Assembly: GCA_021299855.1 (NCBI GenBank)
Contig: JAJTEY010000010.1
Coordinates: forward strand, 1-63,516
DNA: 63,516 nucleotides
Origin: Bacteroidota bacterium
Lineage (GTDB): Bacteria > Bacteroidota > Bacteroidia > Palsa-965
Reading direction: 5' to 3'
Position 1 is the stretch's first letter. Each line of letters begins with the position of its first letter. The translations under genes were made by a program, and so were the position numbers. The notes under the pieces were generated by a model. That model searched no databases. It saw only the letters and a program-made list of their open reading frames with translations, and had not been told where the DNA came from. Below, one piece after another: positions 28,834 through 38,379 of the stretch.

Positions 28834-30258
28834 TTACATCATGCCTTCCATTCCTCCGCCCGGCATAGGCATCGGCTTGTCTTCCTTAATTTCGGAAAGA
28901 ACGCACTCTGTAGTCAATAGCATTCCTGCAATAGACGCAGCATTTTCTAATGCAACACGCGCCACTTTTGTAGGGTCGATAACACCTGCATCGTAAAGCT
29001 TCTCGTATGTTTCAGTACGTGCGTTATAACCGTAATCACCTTTGCCTTCACGTACTTTCTGCACCACGATAGAACCTTCAACACCTGCATTCGCGCAGAT
29101 CTGACGTAAAGGTTCTTCAATAGCACGACGGATAATGTGAACACCTGTTGTTTCGTCGTCATTGTCGCCTTTCAATTTATCCAGCGCATCTTGCACGCGG
29201 ATATAAGCAACGCCGCCACCCGGTACAATTCCTTCCTCAACCGCAGCACGTGTTGCATGTAATGCATCGTCTACGCGATCTTTCTTCTCTTTCATTTCCA
29301 CTTCAGTTGCAGCACCAACGTATAACACTGCTACACCGCCGGCCAACTTAGCCAAACGCTCCTGCAACTTTTCTTTGTCGTAATCAGAAGTGGTAGATTC
29401 AATTTGTGCTTTAATCTGATTAACACGTGCAACGATGTCGTTCTTTTTACCGGCACCACCAACAACTGTAGTGTTGTCTTTATCAATGGTAACTTTTTCT
29501 GCACGACCCAGGAACGATAACTCAGCGTTCTCCAGTTTGTAACCGCGCTCTTCGCTGATTACCTGGCCGCCGGTAAGAATTGCGATGTCTTCCAACATTG
29601 CTTTACGACGATCTCCGAAGCCTGGAGCTTTAACAGCAGCAATGCGCAGTGATCCGCGAATCTTGTTCACTACCAATGTAGCTAGCGCCTCGCTGTCTAC
29701 ATCTTCAGCAATAATCAAAATTGGTTTGCCGGTTTGTACCGCCTTTTCAAGTACCGGAAGTAATTCCTTCATGTTGCTGATCTTCTTGTCGTAAATCAGA
29801 ATCAGCGGATTGTCCAATACAGCTTCCATTTTGTCTGCATCAGTCACGAAGTATGGAGAAATGTAACCGCGATCAAACTGCATACCTTCTACAACTTCAA
29901 CAGTTGTTTCGGTGCCTTTTGCTTCTTCAACCGTGATAACACCTTCTTTCTTCACACGACCCATTGCTTCAGCAATTAACTTACCGATAGCGCTGTCGTT
30001 GTTCGCAGAAATAGTAGCAACTTGCTCAATCTTTTCATTGTCGTCGCCAACTTTCTTCGACATCTTCTTTAGGTTTTCAACCACTGTTGCAACAGCCTTA
30101 TCAATACCGCGCTTCAAGTCCATCGGATTAGCTCCTGCAGCAACGTTTTTCAAACCTGATGTTACGATTGCTTGCGCCAATACAGTCGCAGTTGTAGTTC
30201 CGTCACCGGCAACGTCTGCAGTTTTGGAAGCTACTTCCTTAACCATTTGAGCGCCCAT
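28834..30258 (-). CDS. groEL: chaperonin GroEL, apparently 5'-truncated (first ATG corresponds to E. coli Met69)
   Basis: 474-aa ORF beginning [29 protein letters not shown] and ending ..GGGMEGMM. GroEL homology ([21 protein letters not shown]) continues in frame upstream to about 30321 with no ATG/GTG/TTG. The groES stop is at 30333. Confidence 0.9.
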   Translation of the reverse strand: MGAQMVKEVASKTADVAGDGTTTATVLAQAIVTSGLKNVAAGANPMDLKRGIDKAVATVVENLKKMSKKVGDDNEKIEQVATISANNDSAIGKLIAEAMGRVKKEGVITVEEAKGTETTVEVVEGMQFDRGYISPYFVTDADKMEAVLDNPLILIYDKKISNMKELLPVLEKAVQTGKPILIIAEDVDSEALATLVVNKIRGSLRIAAVKAPGFGDRRKAMLEDIAILTGGQVISEERGYKLENAELSFLGRAEKVTIDKDNTTVVGGAGKKNDIVARVNQIKAQIESTTSDYDKEKLQERLAKLAGGVAVLYVGAATEVEMKEKKDRVDDALHATRAAVEEGIVPGGGVAYIRVQDALDKLKGDNDDETTGVHIIRRAIEEPLRQICANAGVEGSIVVQKVREGKGDYGYNARTETYEKLYDAGVIDPTKVARVALENAASIAGMLLTTECVLSEIKEDKPMPMPGGGMEGMM

Positions 30259-30332
30259 ATTTTCAATGGGATCTTTCAGTTCAATTTCCTTAGCAACTGA
30301 AACACCATCTTTCGTGATAGTTATACTATAAT

Positions 30333-30611
30333 TTATACAATTGCGAAAATGTCTGATTCACGCATAATCAAGAATTCTTTCCCATCAATCTGAACTTCCG
30401 TTCCGGCATACTTTCCATAAAGAATTTCGTCTCCAACTTTTACAGTCATGGGTTCGTCCTTTTTACCATTTCCAACTGCCACTACCTTGCCGCGCTGCGG
30501 TTTTTCTTTAGCGGTATCTGGAATAATGATTCCACCTGCTGTCTTTTCTTCTGCCTGTGCTGCCTGAACTACTACACGGTCAGCAAGAGGCTTAATCTTA
30601 ACATTTGCCAT
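30333..30611 (-). CDS. groES: co-chaperonin GroES
   Basis: 92 aa: [15 protein letters not shown]......[25 protein letters not shown]. Confidence 0.95.
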   Translation of the reverse strand: MANVKIKPLADRVVVQAAQAEEKTAGGIIIPDTAKEKPQRGKVVAVGNGKKDEPMTVKVGDEILYGKYAGTEVQIDGKEFLIMRESDIFAIV

Positions 30612-30791
30612 TGCTTATAAATTTTGAGTTATTACGTTTGGTTTATTGTGTTAAAGCCCGAAGGCATCCTACTTGCACCAATATTATACCAATCCTTACT
30701 TTTTTTATGATCAACGCCAATATTACAGTTTCATTGAAAAAAAAATGCCAGGAAATGACATCCTGACATTGAGTGTATTTTGTAATAAAAA

Positions 30792-31157
30792 TTACTTCGG
30801 TTGTGGTGCCGGTTGTGGTGCCGGTGCAGCGGGCTGTTGCGGCTGTGGCTGTGGCTGTGCTGCTGGTGCCTGATTGTTGAAGTCTGCCGCGCGGTCTTTA
30901 GTGGTTGATGTTCCGCCTTCTCCACCTACGCGGCTTCCTGAACTTAAGCTGGCACTAAAAATACTCAACACCAATAGCGCTACCGCCAATCCCCATGTAG
31001 CTTTTTCCAAAAAGTCTGCCGTACGACGAACGCCCATTACTTGAGCGCCTGAAGTAAAGCCGGAAGCTAATCCGCCGCCTTTAGGATTTTGAATCAATAC
31101 AGCCAGCACCAATAGGATGCAAATCAGGATAATCAGAATGGAAATAACTGCGGTCAT
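30792..31157 (-). CDS. secG: preprotein translocase subunit SecG with Pro/Gln/Ala-rich C-terminal tail
   Basis: 121 aa with two TM segments and the [10 protein letters not shown] motif. Tail reads [26 protein letters not shown]. Confidence 0.85.
   Translation of the reverse strand: MTAVISILIILICILLVLAVLIQNPKGGGLASGFTSGAQVMGVRRTADFLEKATWGLAVALLVLSIFSASLSSGSRVGGEGGTSTTKDRAADFNNQAPAAQPQPQPQQPAAPAPQPAPQPK
30798..30870. repeat. GC-rich low-complexity tandem repeat encoding the SecG PQA tail
   Basis: CGGTTGTGGTGC occurs twice in tandem (30798-30821), followed by GGCTGT/GGCTGTGGCTGTGGCTGTGCTGCTGG-type degenerate repeats. Confidence 0.7.
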
Positions 31158-32446
31158 TTCGATGTATTTTTATTTGGTGTTCGTTTCAGTTCTTCAATAA
31201 GGGCTGCAAAGTAAGTGCTTTTTTCCGGATATTTCAAACTGAGTTTTTGATAGGTGCGAATAGCCTTCGGATAATTTCCTTGTTTCGCGTAAATCCTTGC
31301 TAATGTTTCAGTTACGAAATCATCCGACTCCTGGACACTCTTCTTTGCCATGTTAACAGGATTGTAGAAGCTCGTTTTTGTTGGTTTTATCCGCGGTTCT
31401 TCCTGTATAAAACGCTCTATCAATTGTTCCGGCATCACCGGCTCACTTTGCGGCTCCTTGATAGGAACTACTTCCTGTTTATTCGCATCCAATTGCTTCA
31501 ACCAGCCCGCAAAGTCCGACGATTCTACCTCCAATTCTGTAGTTGCCGGAATCGGCACTTGATCAATTATCGGTGAAGTTACATCGATAGCTTGCTCGGC
31601 TACCGAGGGCAATTCTTCAGGCAATTCATCCCGCACCTCCAACAAAATACTGTTGTTGATCGCAGACGTAATGATCGACTGTTCAATCGGATCTTCCGGA
31701 ACCACAATAGGAGTTGATGCCGTTTCATCTTCAACAATCTCCTCTGTTATAACAGGCTCGGTATACCGAATATCCCAGGAATGTTCTTCTTGAGTTTCTT
31801 CTGTGATACCAGGTGATATTTCGTCATAAATTTCACTCGTGCCGATATCCTCCGCACCATCCGGCTCAACTAAAACGTACAAAAGCGTATTGATTTCATC
31901 AGCAGCAGTTGGTGGAACTTCTTCTTGTACTGCAGGTGTTTCAACAACTTCAGATGTCGGTTTTATGTTTTGTTCCGGTTGTGGAGGAGGTACAGGTGTC
32001 GGATGATTTCTCCAGTGGTGCAACAATTGAAGCTGACGCAACATTCCCGCTTCCCATTCCTCAGAATTACTACGCAATTTATTTTTGTGAACAAAAGGAA
32101 TTGCAGGTTCTAAAGGTGTTTGAGCGATTTCTTCCTGAATCGGCTCTGAAGACTTGATTTCATTAATTACTTCCTGAACTGATTCTTCGGTGATAGCAGC
32201 CGTTGTTATTGCTTCTTTACTAGTGATGAGTTCATACAATTTCTTTCTGTTTACCGCATGTGCTGCTGCTATACGAAGTTGCTGATTGTACAAAAAACTA
32301 TTGTCGTTATGCAGGGATTTGATGTACAACAAATGCGCAGTCTGAAACCACGGGTAATTGCGCAACACCTCATCCAGTTGTGCCCCGGCATCTTTGCCCA
32401 GCTTAACAGGATGATTTATCCATTGATGCAGCGTTGCAGTATTCAT
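31154..32446 (-). CDS. tetratricopeptide-repeat protein with acidic central region
   Basis: 430 aa with a C-terminal TPR ([39 protein letters not shown]). ATGA overlap with secG. Confidence 0.65.
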   Translation of the reverse strand: MNTATLHQWINHPVKLGKDAGAQLDEVLRNYPWFQTAHLLYIKSLHNDNSFLYNQQLRIAAAHAVNRKKLYELITSKEAITTAAITEESVQEVINEIKSSEPIQEEIAQTPLEPAIPFVHKNKLRSNSEEWEAGMLRQLQLLHHWRNHPTPVPPPQPEQNIKPTSEVVETPAVQEEVPPTAADEINTLLYVLVEPDGAEDIGTSEIYDEISPGITEETQEEHSWDIRYTEPVITEEIVEDETASTPIVVPEDPIEQSIITSAINNSILLEVRDELPEELPSVAEQAIDVTSPIIDQVPIPATTELEVESSDFAGWLKQLDANKQEVVPIKEPQSEPVMPEQLIERFIQEEPRIKPTKTSFYNPVNMAKKSVQESDDFVTETLARIYAKQGNYPKAIRTYQKLSLKYPEKSTYFAALIEELKRTPNKNTSK

Positions 32447-32450
32447 CGTT

Positions 32451-32966
32451 TTACCACGCGTTTATTGAGCGGTTCATAATATCTTGAACAATCTGATCGG
32501 TAATTTCTTTAATCAATTGATCTTCCACAGCAGGCAAACTTTGTGAACTTGGAAAGTCTGCAAATCGGCTGAAGGAGGATTCGAAATTATATTGTTCTTC
32601 TATTTTATCGGTGTACTTGATATTGATGGAAATCGTTAATCGGTTGAGCGCAGCTTGATCCGTGCCTCCACCCGAAATGGCCACAGGTGCAATGGAATAA
32701 CCCGTGATGGTTCCTTCATAATTCAAATCGCCATTTTGTTGCACCAGTTTTAGTCGTGTTTGTCGCAGAATGATTTCGCGCAAAGCTTCTGTCATGGTTT
32801 GTGGCAAGGTCGGTTTTGCCAGTGGTGCACTATTGTTGAAAGTAATAACGGAAACAGTAACGGAATCTGCAAAGGTTCTTCCTCCGGATAAGCTGTACCA
32901 CTTGCATCCGTGCATGGAAAATCCCAGTAGCGTTGCTGTTATCAGCAGTAGTGCTCCGATACGCAT
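32451..32966 (-). CDS. lptE: LPS-assembly lipoprotein LptE family protein
   Basis: 171 aa with lipoprotein signal (..LLGFSMHGC). Size and position between the sigma-54 activator and the TPR/secG genes follow the arrangement usual in Bacteroidota. Confidence 0.6.
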   Translation of the reverse strand: MRIGALLLITATLLGFSMHGCKWYSLSGGRTFADSVTVSVITFNNSAPLAKPTLPQTMTEALREIILRQTRLKLVQQNGDLNYEGTITGYSIAPVAISGGGTDQAALNRLTISINIKYTDKIEEQYNFESSFSRFADFPSSQSLPAVEDQLIKEITDQIVQDIMNRSINAW

Positions 32967-32969
32967 GCC

Positions 32970-34196
32970 TTATCCTTTAATATTATACTCATTAATTTTC
33001 CGGTACAGCGTTCGCTCCGAAATGCCCAATTCTTTCGCTGCATTTTTGCGTTTTCCGCGATGTTTCTCTAATGCTTTCTTGATGAGTTCAATCTCCTTTT
33101 CCTGCAACGATAAAGAATCTTCAACTACTTCTTCGTGCTCTAAAATTTCATCATGGTCATACGTCCCTTTGGGCAATACCATTGGATGATCTGATGACGG
33201 CAACACAACAGGTTGATCTGTGAAGACCGGCGCATGTTTAGGAAGTAACTCCTGCTTTACGTGTCCGCCTTGAATCAACTGCATCGTTACTGATTTCAAC
33301 TCGTTTAACTCTTGTCGCATTTGTTGAATCATCTGAAACAAAAATTCACGCTCCATCATATCGCCTGCTTGCTGTTCACCTCTTGCAAGAACAGGCATTG
33401 ATGCTGCGGGTGACTTATAATCAGGCAAATATTTCTGCAAGATGGTTGCGTCAATATCACGCGATTTTTCAATGATACTCAATTGCTCTGTAACGTTTTT
33501 TAATTGACGAACATTCCCGTGCCAGTAATAATTCACCAGCATATGTTCCGCGTCAGACGTAAGTTTCACTACGGGCATACGATAACGTGTCGCAAAATCA
33601 GCGGCAAATTTTCGGAACAACAAATGAATATCTTGCTTGCGTTCACGCAAAGGTGGCAACGCAATTGGAACAGTATTTAAACGGTAATATAAATCCTCAC
33701 GAAACTTGCCGCGTTGAATAGCATCAGGAATGAAAACGTTTGTTGCAGCAACTACGCGCACATTTGTTTTTTGCACCTTCGATGAACCTACACGAATAAA
33801 TTCTCCGGTCTCTAAAACCCGCAGGAGTCGTGCTTGCGTAGCCAAAGGCATTTCTGCAACTTCATCTAAAAAAATTGTTCCGCCGTCTGCCACTTCGAAA
33901 TAACCTTTACGTGCTTCCGTTGCTCCGGTAAATGAACCTTTCTCATGACCGAACAATTCCGAATCTATTGTTCCTTCTGGTATCGCACCACAATTCACAG
34001 CTATGTATGAACCGTGTTTTCTGCTGCTGAGGTGATGAATAATTTGCGGAAAAACTTCTTTACCCGTTCCGCTCTCGCCGGTAATGAGTACAGCGAGATC
34101 AGTCGGAGCAACCTGAACCGCGATATCAATAGCACGATCCAGTTGGGCGGCAGATCCGATAATTCCGAAACGCTGTTTGATTTCCTGAATAGTCAT
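32970..34196 (-). CDS. sigma-54-dependent transcriptional activator (AAA+ core plus Fis-type HTH, no N-terminal sensory domain)
   Basis: 408 aa with Walker A GESGTGKE, GAFTGA-type loop (GSFTGA), ELFGHEKG, and a C-terminal HTH (AAKELGISERTLYRKI). Confidence 0.9.
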   Translation of the reverse strand: MTIQEIKQRFGIIGSAAQLDRAIDIAVQVAPTDLAVLITGESGTGKEVFPQIIHHLSSRKHGSYIAVNCGAIPEGTIDSELFGHEKGSFTGATEARKGYFEVADGGTIFLDEVAEMPLATQARLLRVLETGEFIRVGSSKVQKTNVRVVAATNVFIPDAIQRGKFREDLYYRLNTVPIALPPLRERKQDIHLLFRKFAADFATRYRMPVVKLTSDAEHMLVNYYWHGNVRQLKNVTEQLSIIEKSRDIDATILQKYLPDYKSPAASMPVLARGEQQAGDMMEREFLFQMIQQMRQELNELKSVTMQLIQGGHVKQELLPKHAPVFTDQPVVLPSSDHPMVLPKGTYDHDEILEHEEVVEDSLSLQEKEIELIKKALEKHRGKRKNAAKELGISERTLYRKINEYNIKG

Positions 34197-34198
34197 GT

Positions 34199-35629
34199 TT
34201 AATTTTTAACTGCTTTTCCAATCAATGTTGTCGCAGTGCAACGTTCCACCAAAACATCAGCATAATCGCCGGGCTTAAAATGTTCTTTGGGGAATACCAC
34301 AACGGTATTTTGTGTGTTACGTCCCATCCACATTTCATCCGATTTTTTCGATTCGTGTTCTACCAACACACGATGTACTTTACCAACCTGTGCTTTGGTT
34401 TTCTTTTCCGAAAGTTTTTGCTGTAGCGCTATCACTTCGCTTAAACGACGCTTTTTGATTTCTTCCGGCACATCGTCCGTAAACTTACGTGCAGCTTGTG
34501 TTTTAGGACGTTCCGAGTAGGCAAACATGTATGAAAAATCGTACTCCGACCATTCCATCAAACTCAACGTGTCTTGATGATCTTCTTCTGCCTCAGTGCA
34601 AAATCCTGTAATGATATCGGAAGAAATTCCGCACTCGGGAATAATTCGACGAATGGCACGAATGCGATCCATATACCATTCACGATCGTAACCGCGGTTC
34701 ATAATATCCAACATTCTGCTGCTGCCGCTCTGAACGGGAAGGTGAATGTATTTGCAGATGTTATTGTACTTCGCCATCGTATGCAGAACTTCGTCCGTCA
34801 TGTCCTTCGGATGCGAAGTGCTGAAACGAATGCGCAAATCCGGAGAAACCAACGCAACACGTTCCAATAACTGAGCGAAGTTCACGGCGTGTGCGCGCTG
34901 TTCTTCGGTGAGAATTTCTTTTTTCAATCCGCCGCCGGCCCACAAGTAGGAGTCAACGTTTTGTCCCAACAAGGTGACTTCACGATAACCTAAATCAAAA
35001 AGTTCTTTCGCTTCTTTTACAATGCTCTCCGGATCACGAGAACGTTCGCGCCCACGTGTAAATGGAACTACGCAAAACGAACACATGTTGTCGCAACCGC
35101 GCATGATGCTGATAAACGCAGTAACGCCATTACTGTCCAAACGCACAGGGGTAATATCGGCGTACGTTTCTTCTTTCGAAAGAATTACGTTCACTGCCTT
35201 ATGACCGCCCTGAACTTTTCCTATCAACTGCGGCAAATCACGATACGCATCAGGACCAACCACTATGTCAACGATTTTTTCTTCTTCCAAAAATTTCTCT
35301 TTCAATCGTTCCGCCATACACCCCAGCACGCCCACAATCAAATCGGGCTTGTGCGATTTCCAACTTTTGAATTCGTTCAGTCGATTTCTTACGCGTTGTT
35401 CGGCATTCTCCCGTATAGCACAGGTATTGATAAATATCACGTCCGCTTCACGATAATCTTTCGTGGTAGCAAAACCATCCTGGCCAAGAATTGAAGCCAC
35501 AATCTCCGAATCGGAGAAGTTCATCTGGCAGCCGTAACTCTCCAGAAATAATTTTCGTTGCCCTTCTTGTCCGGGCACCAGCAATGCTTCGCCTTGTCTG
35601 TTCTCGTCTATTACTTTTTCCAACTCCAT
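34199..35629 (-). CDS. miaB: tRNA (N6-isopentenyl adenosine(37)-C2)-methylthiotransferase MiaB
   Basis: 476 aa with UPF0004 domain (YGCQMN), radical-SAM [11 protein letters not shown] and a TRAM C-terminus. Confidence 0.93.
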   Translation of the reverse strand: MELEKVIDENRQGEALLVPGQEGQRKLFLESYGCQMNFSDSEIVASILGQDGFATTKDYREADVIFINTCAIRENAEQRVRNRLNEFKSWKSHKPDLIVGVLGCMAERLKEKFLEEEKIVDIVVGPDAYRDLPQLIGKVQGGHKAVNVILSKEETYADITPVRLDSNGVTAFISIMRGCDNMCSFCVVPFTRGRERSRDPESIVKEAKELFDLGYREVTLLGQNVDSYLWAGGGLKKEILTEEQRAHAVNFAQLLERVALVSPDLRIRFSTSHPKDMTDEVLHTMAKYNNICKYIHLPVQSGSSRMLDIMNRGYDREWYMDRIRAIRRIIPECGISSDIITGFCTEAEEDHQDTLSLMEWSEYDFSYMFAYSERPKTQAARKFTDDVPEEIKKRRLSEVIALQQKLSEKKTKAQVGKVHRVLVEHESKKSDEMWMGRNTQNTVVVFPKEHFKPGDYADVLVERCTATTLIGKAVKN

Positions 35630-35855
35630 ATTTTTTTTGGGAGGACGAAGGTAAGGTATAATATTTCCCTGTCAAAATGGCAGTTGGTTAAACTTTCAAA
35701 AAAAATATTTGGAATGTTCGAAAATCTCTATTTATATATAAATAGGGGAGAAATCTGACTGACTTGGAGCATGTCAGTATTTGGAAGTCTCGCAACTCTT
35801 GCTTTTTCTTTGCAACATGTCGAACGTAAAAGTGAAGCAGTTTAGAAGAAGCATT

Positions 35856-38288
35856 ATGGCAAAAAACCTAGTTATTGTGGAGTCCCCTGCGAAGGCAAAA
35901 ACCATTGAAGGATTTTTGGGGAAAGATTTTTTGGTGAAATCATCGTTCGGTCACGTGCGTGATTTAGCCAAGAAGGGAATGGCCGTGGATACGGATAAAG
36001 ATTTCAGTCCGGTGTACGAAGTGAGTCCGGATAAAGAGAAGGTAGTAGCGGAATTAAGAAAATTAGCAAAATCAGCAGAGATTGTTTGGTTAGCAACGGA
36101 TGAGGACCGCGAAGGAGAAGCTATTTCATGGCACTTATTTGAAACCTTGAAGTTAGATGACGATAACACGAAACGAATTGTGTTTCATGAAATCACCAAG
36201 CCTGCAATTTTAAAGGCTATACAGAATCCCCGCACCATCGATAAACACCTGGTTGATGCGCAACAGGCGCGTCGAATTCTGGATCGTTTAGTGGGCTTCG
36301 AGTTGTCTCCGATTTTGTGGAAGAAAATTAAACCTTCCTTGTCTGCAGGTCGCGTACAAAGTGTTGCCGTGCGATTGATTGTGGAGCGCGAACGTGAAAT
36401 TCTGAATCACAAATCGGTGTCTTCGTTCAAAGTGAGCGCCTTGTTTCTTGCAGGTAGCGCGGCTTTCAAAGCGGAATTGAAAAGTAATTTCACTTCTCGT
36501 GACGAAGCTATGGCCTTTCTTCAGAAATGTAGAAACGCTGTATTCACGGTAAACGCGCTTGATACAAAACCGGCTAAAAAATCACCGGCAGCGCCGTTCA
36601 CAACATCTACGTTGCAACAGGAAGCATCACGAAAGTTAGGCTTCTCCGTAAAGCGCACCATGAGCGTTGCACAGCGTTTATACGAAAGCGGAAAAATTAC
36701 ATACATGCGAACCGATAGTGTTAATCTTTCGGATCTCGCAATGGAGATGGCGGCAGGTGTGATCAAAAATAATTTCGGCGAGAAATACGTGAACCCACGA
36801 CGCTATAAAACGAAAAGTAAAGGTGCACAAGAAGCTCACGAAGCGATTCGTCCAACATACATGGAAAACAGTTCCATTGATGGTGAACGCGATGAAATGC
36901 GCTTGTACGATCTCATCTGGAAACGTACGCTGGCTTCTCAGATGGCGGATGCAGAACTTGAAAAAACAACTGCACAAATTGGAACGGCTGCAACTACAGA
37001 AACATTCGTAGCGCAAGGTGAAGTCATCAAGTTCGACGGATTCCTAAAAGTGTATATGGAATCTTCTGATGATGAAGGTGACGATAACGAAAAGCAGGAA
37101 GGTATGTTGCCGGCAATGAGTGTTGGTCAACAACTCGGACTCGAGAATATTACGGCTACCCAGCGATTCACACACCATCCTCCGAGATATACTGAAGCGA
37201 GTTTGGTGAAGAAATTGGAAGAGCTTGGAATTGGTCGACCTTCAACTTATGCACCAACGATTTCAACGGTTCAGGATCGTGGTTATGTAGTGCGCGAAGA
37301 TCGTGAAGGGAAACCACGCAACTACGACGTTTTGACGTTGAAAAGCGGAAATATCAACGAAGAAATTCGTACTGAAAATACGGGTGCCGAGAAATCAAAA
37401 TTATTCCCAACCGATATCGGAATGGTAGTAACCGACTTCTTGCAACAATACTTCCCGCAAATCATGGATTACAACTTCACCGCATCGGTAGAAGAAGAGT
37501 TCGATCGTATCGCGGACGGTGAGATGGATTGGAGAAAAATGCTGAAAGATTTTTATCGTCCTTTTCATCAGGAAGTAGAAAAGACATCAGAAACATCGGA
37601 GCGTGCAAGCGGCGAGCGTTTGTTGGGTGTTGATCCGAATAGCGGTAAAAATGTTTACACTCGTATAGGTCGATTCGGTCCATTGGCTCAAATCGGCGAA
37701 AGCGACGATGAAAAGAAAAAATTCGCGAGTCTGCGTAAGGATCAGCGTTTGGAAATGATTACGCTGGAAGAGGCATTGGAATTGTTCAAATTACCGCGTA
37801 TATCCGGACAATACGAAGGCAAGGACATGAAAATTGCTATCGGTCGCTTTGGTCCGTATATCCAACACAACAGTGCATTTTACTCGATTCCGAAAACGGA
37901 TGATCCCATGTCTGTTTCTGTTGAACGGTGCATTGAGATTATCGAAGCTAAACGCAAAGCCGATGCAGAGAAAGAAATCAAGGTTTTTGAACCGGAACGT
38001 CCCGATGTTCGTTTATTGAATGGACGTTGGGGGCCGTATCTGGCTATCGGTAAAGATAATTTCCGCCTGCCGAAAGGAACAGATCCGTTGACGTTATCGT
38101 TGCAGGATTGCCTGAAACTTGCGGAAGAGCAGGGTGGTGGCAAATCGAAAAAAGCAGCTGCATCAAAAGCTGTTCCGGCTAAAGCAACAAAAGCTCCGGC
38201 AAAAAAGACGAAAGCTCCTGCAAAGAAATCTGCAACTCCGAAAAAGAAGCCGGCGAAAAAAGCTGTCGCAAGTAAGAAGGTCAAATAG
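35856..38288 (+). CDS. topA: type I DNA topoisomerase (TopA) with Lys/Ala/Pro-rich C-terminal tail
   Basis: About 810 aa from ATG 35856 (MAKNLVIVESPAKAKTIEG). TOPRIM DEDREGE and active-site Tyr context ITYMRTDS are present. The track start 35781 adds an improbable leader. Confidence 0.95.
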   Translation: MAKNLVIVESPAKAKTIEGFLGKDFLVKSSFGHVRDLAKKGMAVDTDKDFSPVYEVSPDKEKVVAELRKLAKSAEIVWLATDEDREGEAISWHLFETLKLDDDNTKRIVFHEITKPAILKAIQNPRTIDKHLVDAQQARRILDRLVGFELSPILWKKIKPSLSAGRVQSVAVRLIVEREREILNHKSVSSFKVSALFLAGSAAFKAELKSNFTSRDEAMAFLQKCRNAVFTVNALDTKPAKKSPAAPFTTSTLQQEASRKLGFSVKRTMSVAQRLYESGKITYMRTDSVNLSDLAMEMAAGVIKNNFGEKYVNPRRYKTKSKGAQEAHEAIRPTYMENSSIDGERDEMRLYDLIWKRTLASQMADAELEKTTAQIGTAATTETFVAQGEVIKFDGFLKVYMESSDDEGDDNEKQEGMLPAMSVGQQLGLENITATQRFTHHPPRYTEASLVKKLEELGIGRPSTYAPTISTVQDRGYVVREDREGKPRNYDVLTLKSGNINEEIRTENTGAEKSKLFPTDIGMVVTDFLQQYFPQIMDYNFTASVEEEFDRIADGEMDWRKMLKDFYRPFHQEVEKTSETSERASGERLLGVDPNSGKNVYTRIGRFGPLAQIGESDDEKKKFASLRKDQRLEMITLEEALELFKLPRISGQYEGKDMKIAIGRFGPYIQHNSAFYSIPKTDDPMSVSVERCIEIIEAKRKADAEKEIKVFEPERPDVRLLNGRWGPYLAIGKDNFRLPKGTDPLTLSLQDCLKLAEEQGGGKSKKAAASKAVPAKATKAPAKKTKAPAKKSATPKKKPAKKAVASKKVK

Positions 38289-38321
38289 GTACTTATCAAC
38301 TGTAGGTATTGAATAAAGATT

Positions 38322-38356
38322 AAGTCACTGCGTGTTTATTGCGCAGTGACTTTTTA
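38322..38356 (+). terminator. intrinsic terminator downstream of topA
   Basis: AAGTCACTGCG-tgtttattg-CGCAGTGACTTTTT: an 11-bp stem followed by a T-run. Confidence 0.8.
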
Positions 38357-38379
38357 ATATTTGTCCAATAGCCTTCCTT

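Noticed and set aside
30737-30767. Possible secG terminator (CAGGA-7 nt-TCCTG plus T9 on the minus strand)
   Set aside because: The stem is only 5 bp. It may function, but the evidence is insufficient to list it as a feature.
30673-30873. 66-aa plus-strand ORF ending in GCGAGCGAGAAGCCGCGC-type low-complexity sequence
   Set aside because: It is the complement of the SecG PQA tail repeat and lies in the groES-secG intergenic region. It has no coding signature.
35781-35855. Upstream start (MEVSQLLLFLCNMSNVKVKQFRRSI) for topA given by the ORF track
   Set aside because: Canonical TopA begins at MAKNLVIVESPAKAKTI (ATG 35856). The 25 extra codons have no homology and look like promoter or leader DNA.
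37880-38299. 139-aa minus-strand ORF (Phe/Ala/Gly-rich) at the 3' end of topA
   Set aside because: It is the antisense reading of the AAG/GCT-rich Lys/Ala tail of TopA and therefore an artefact.
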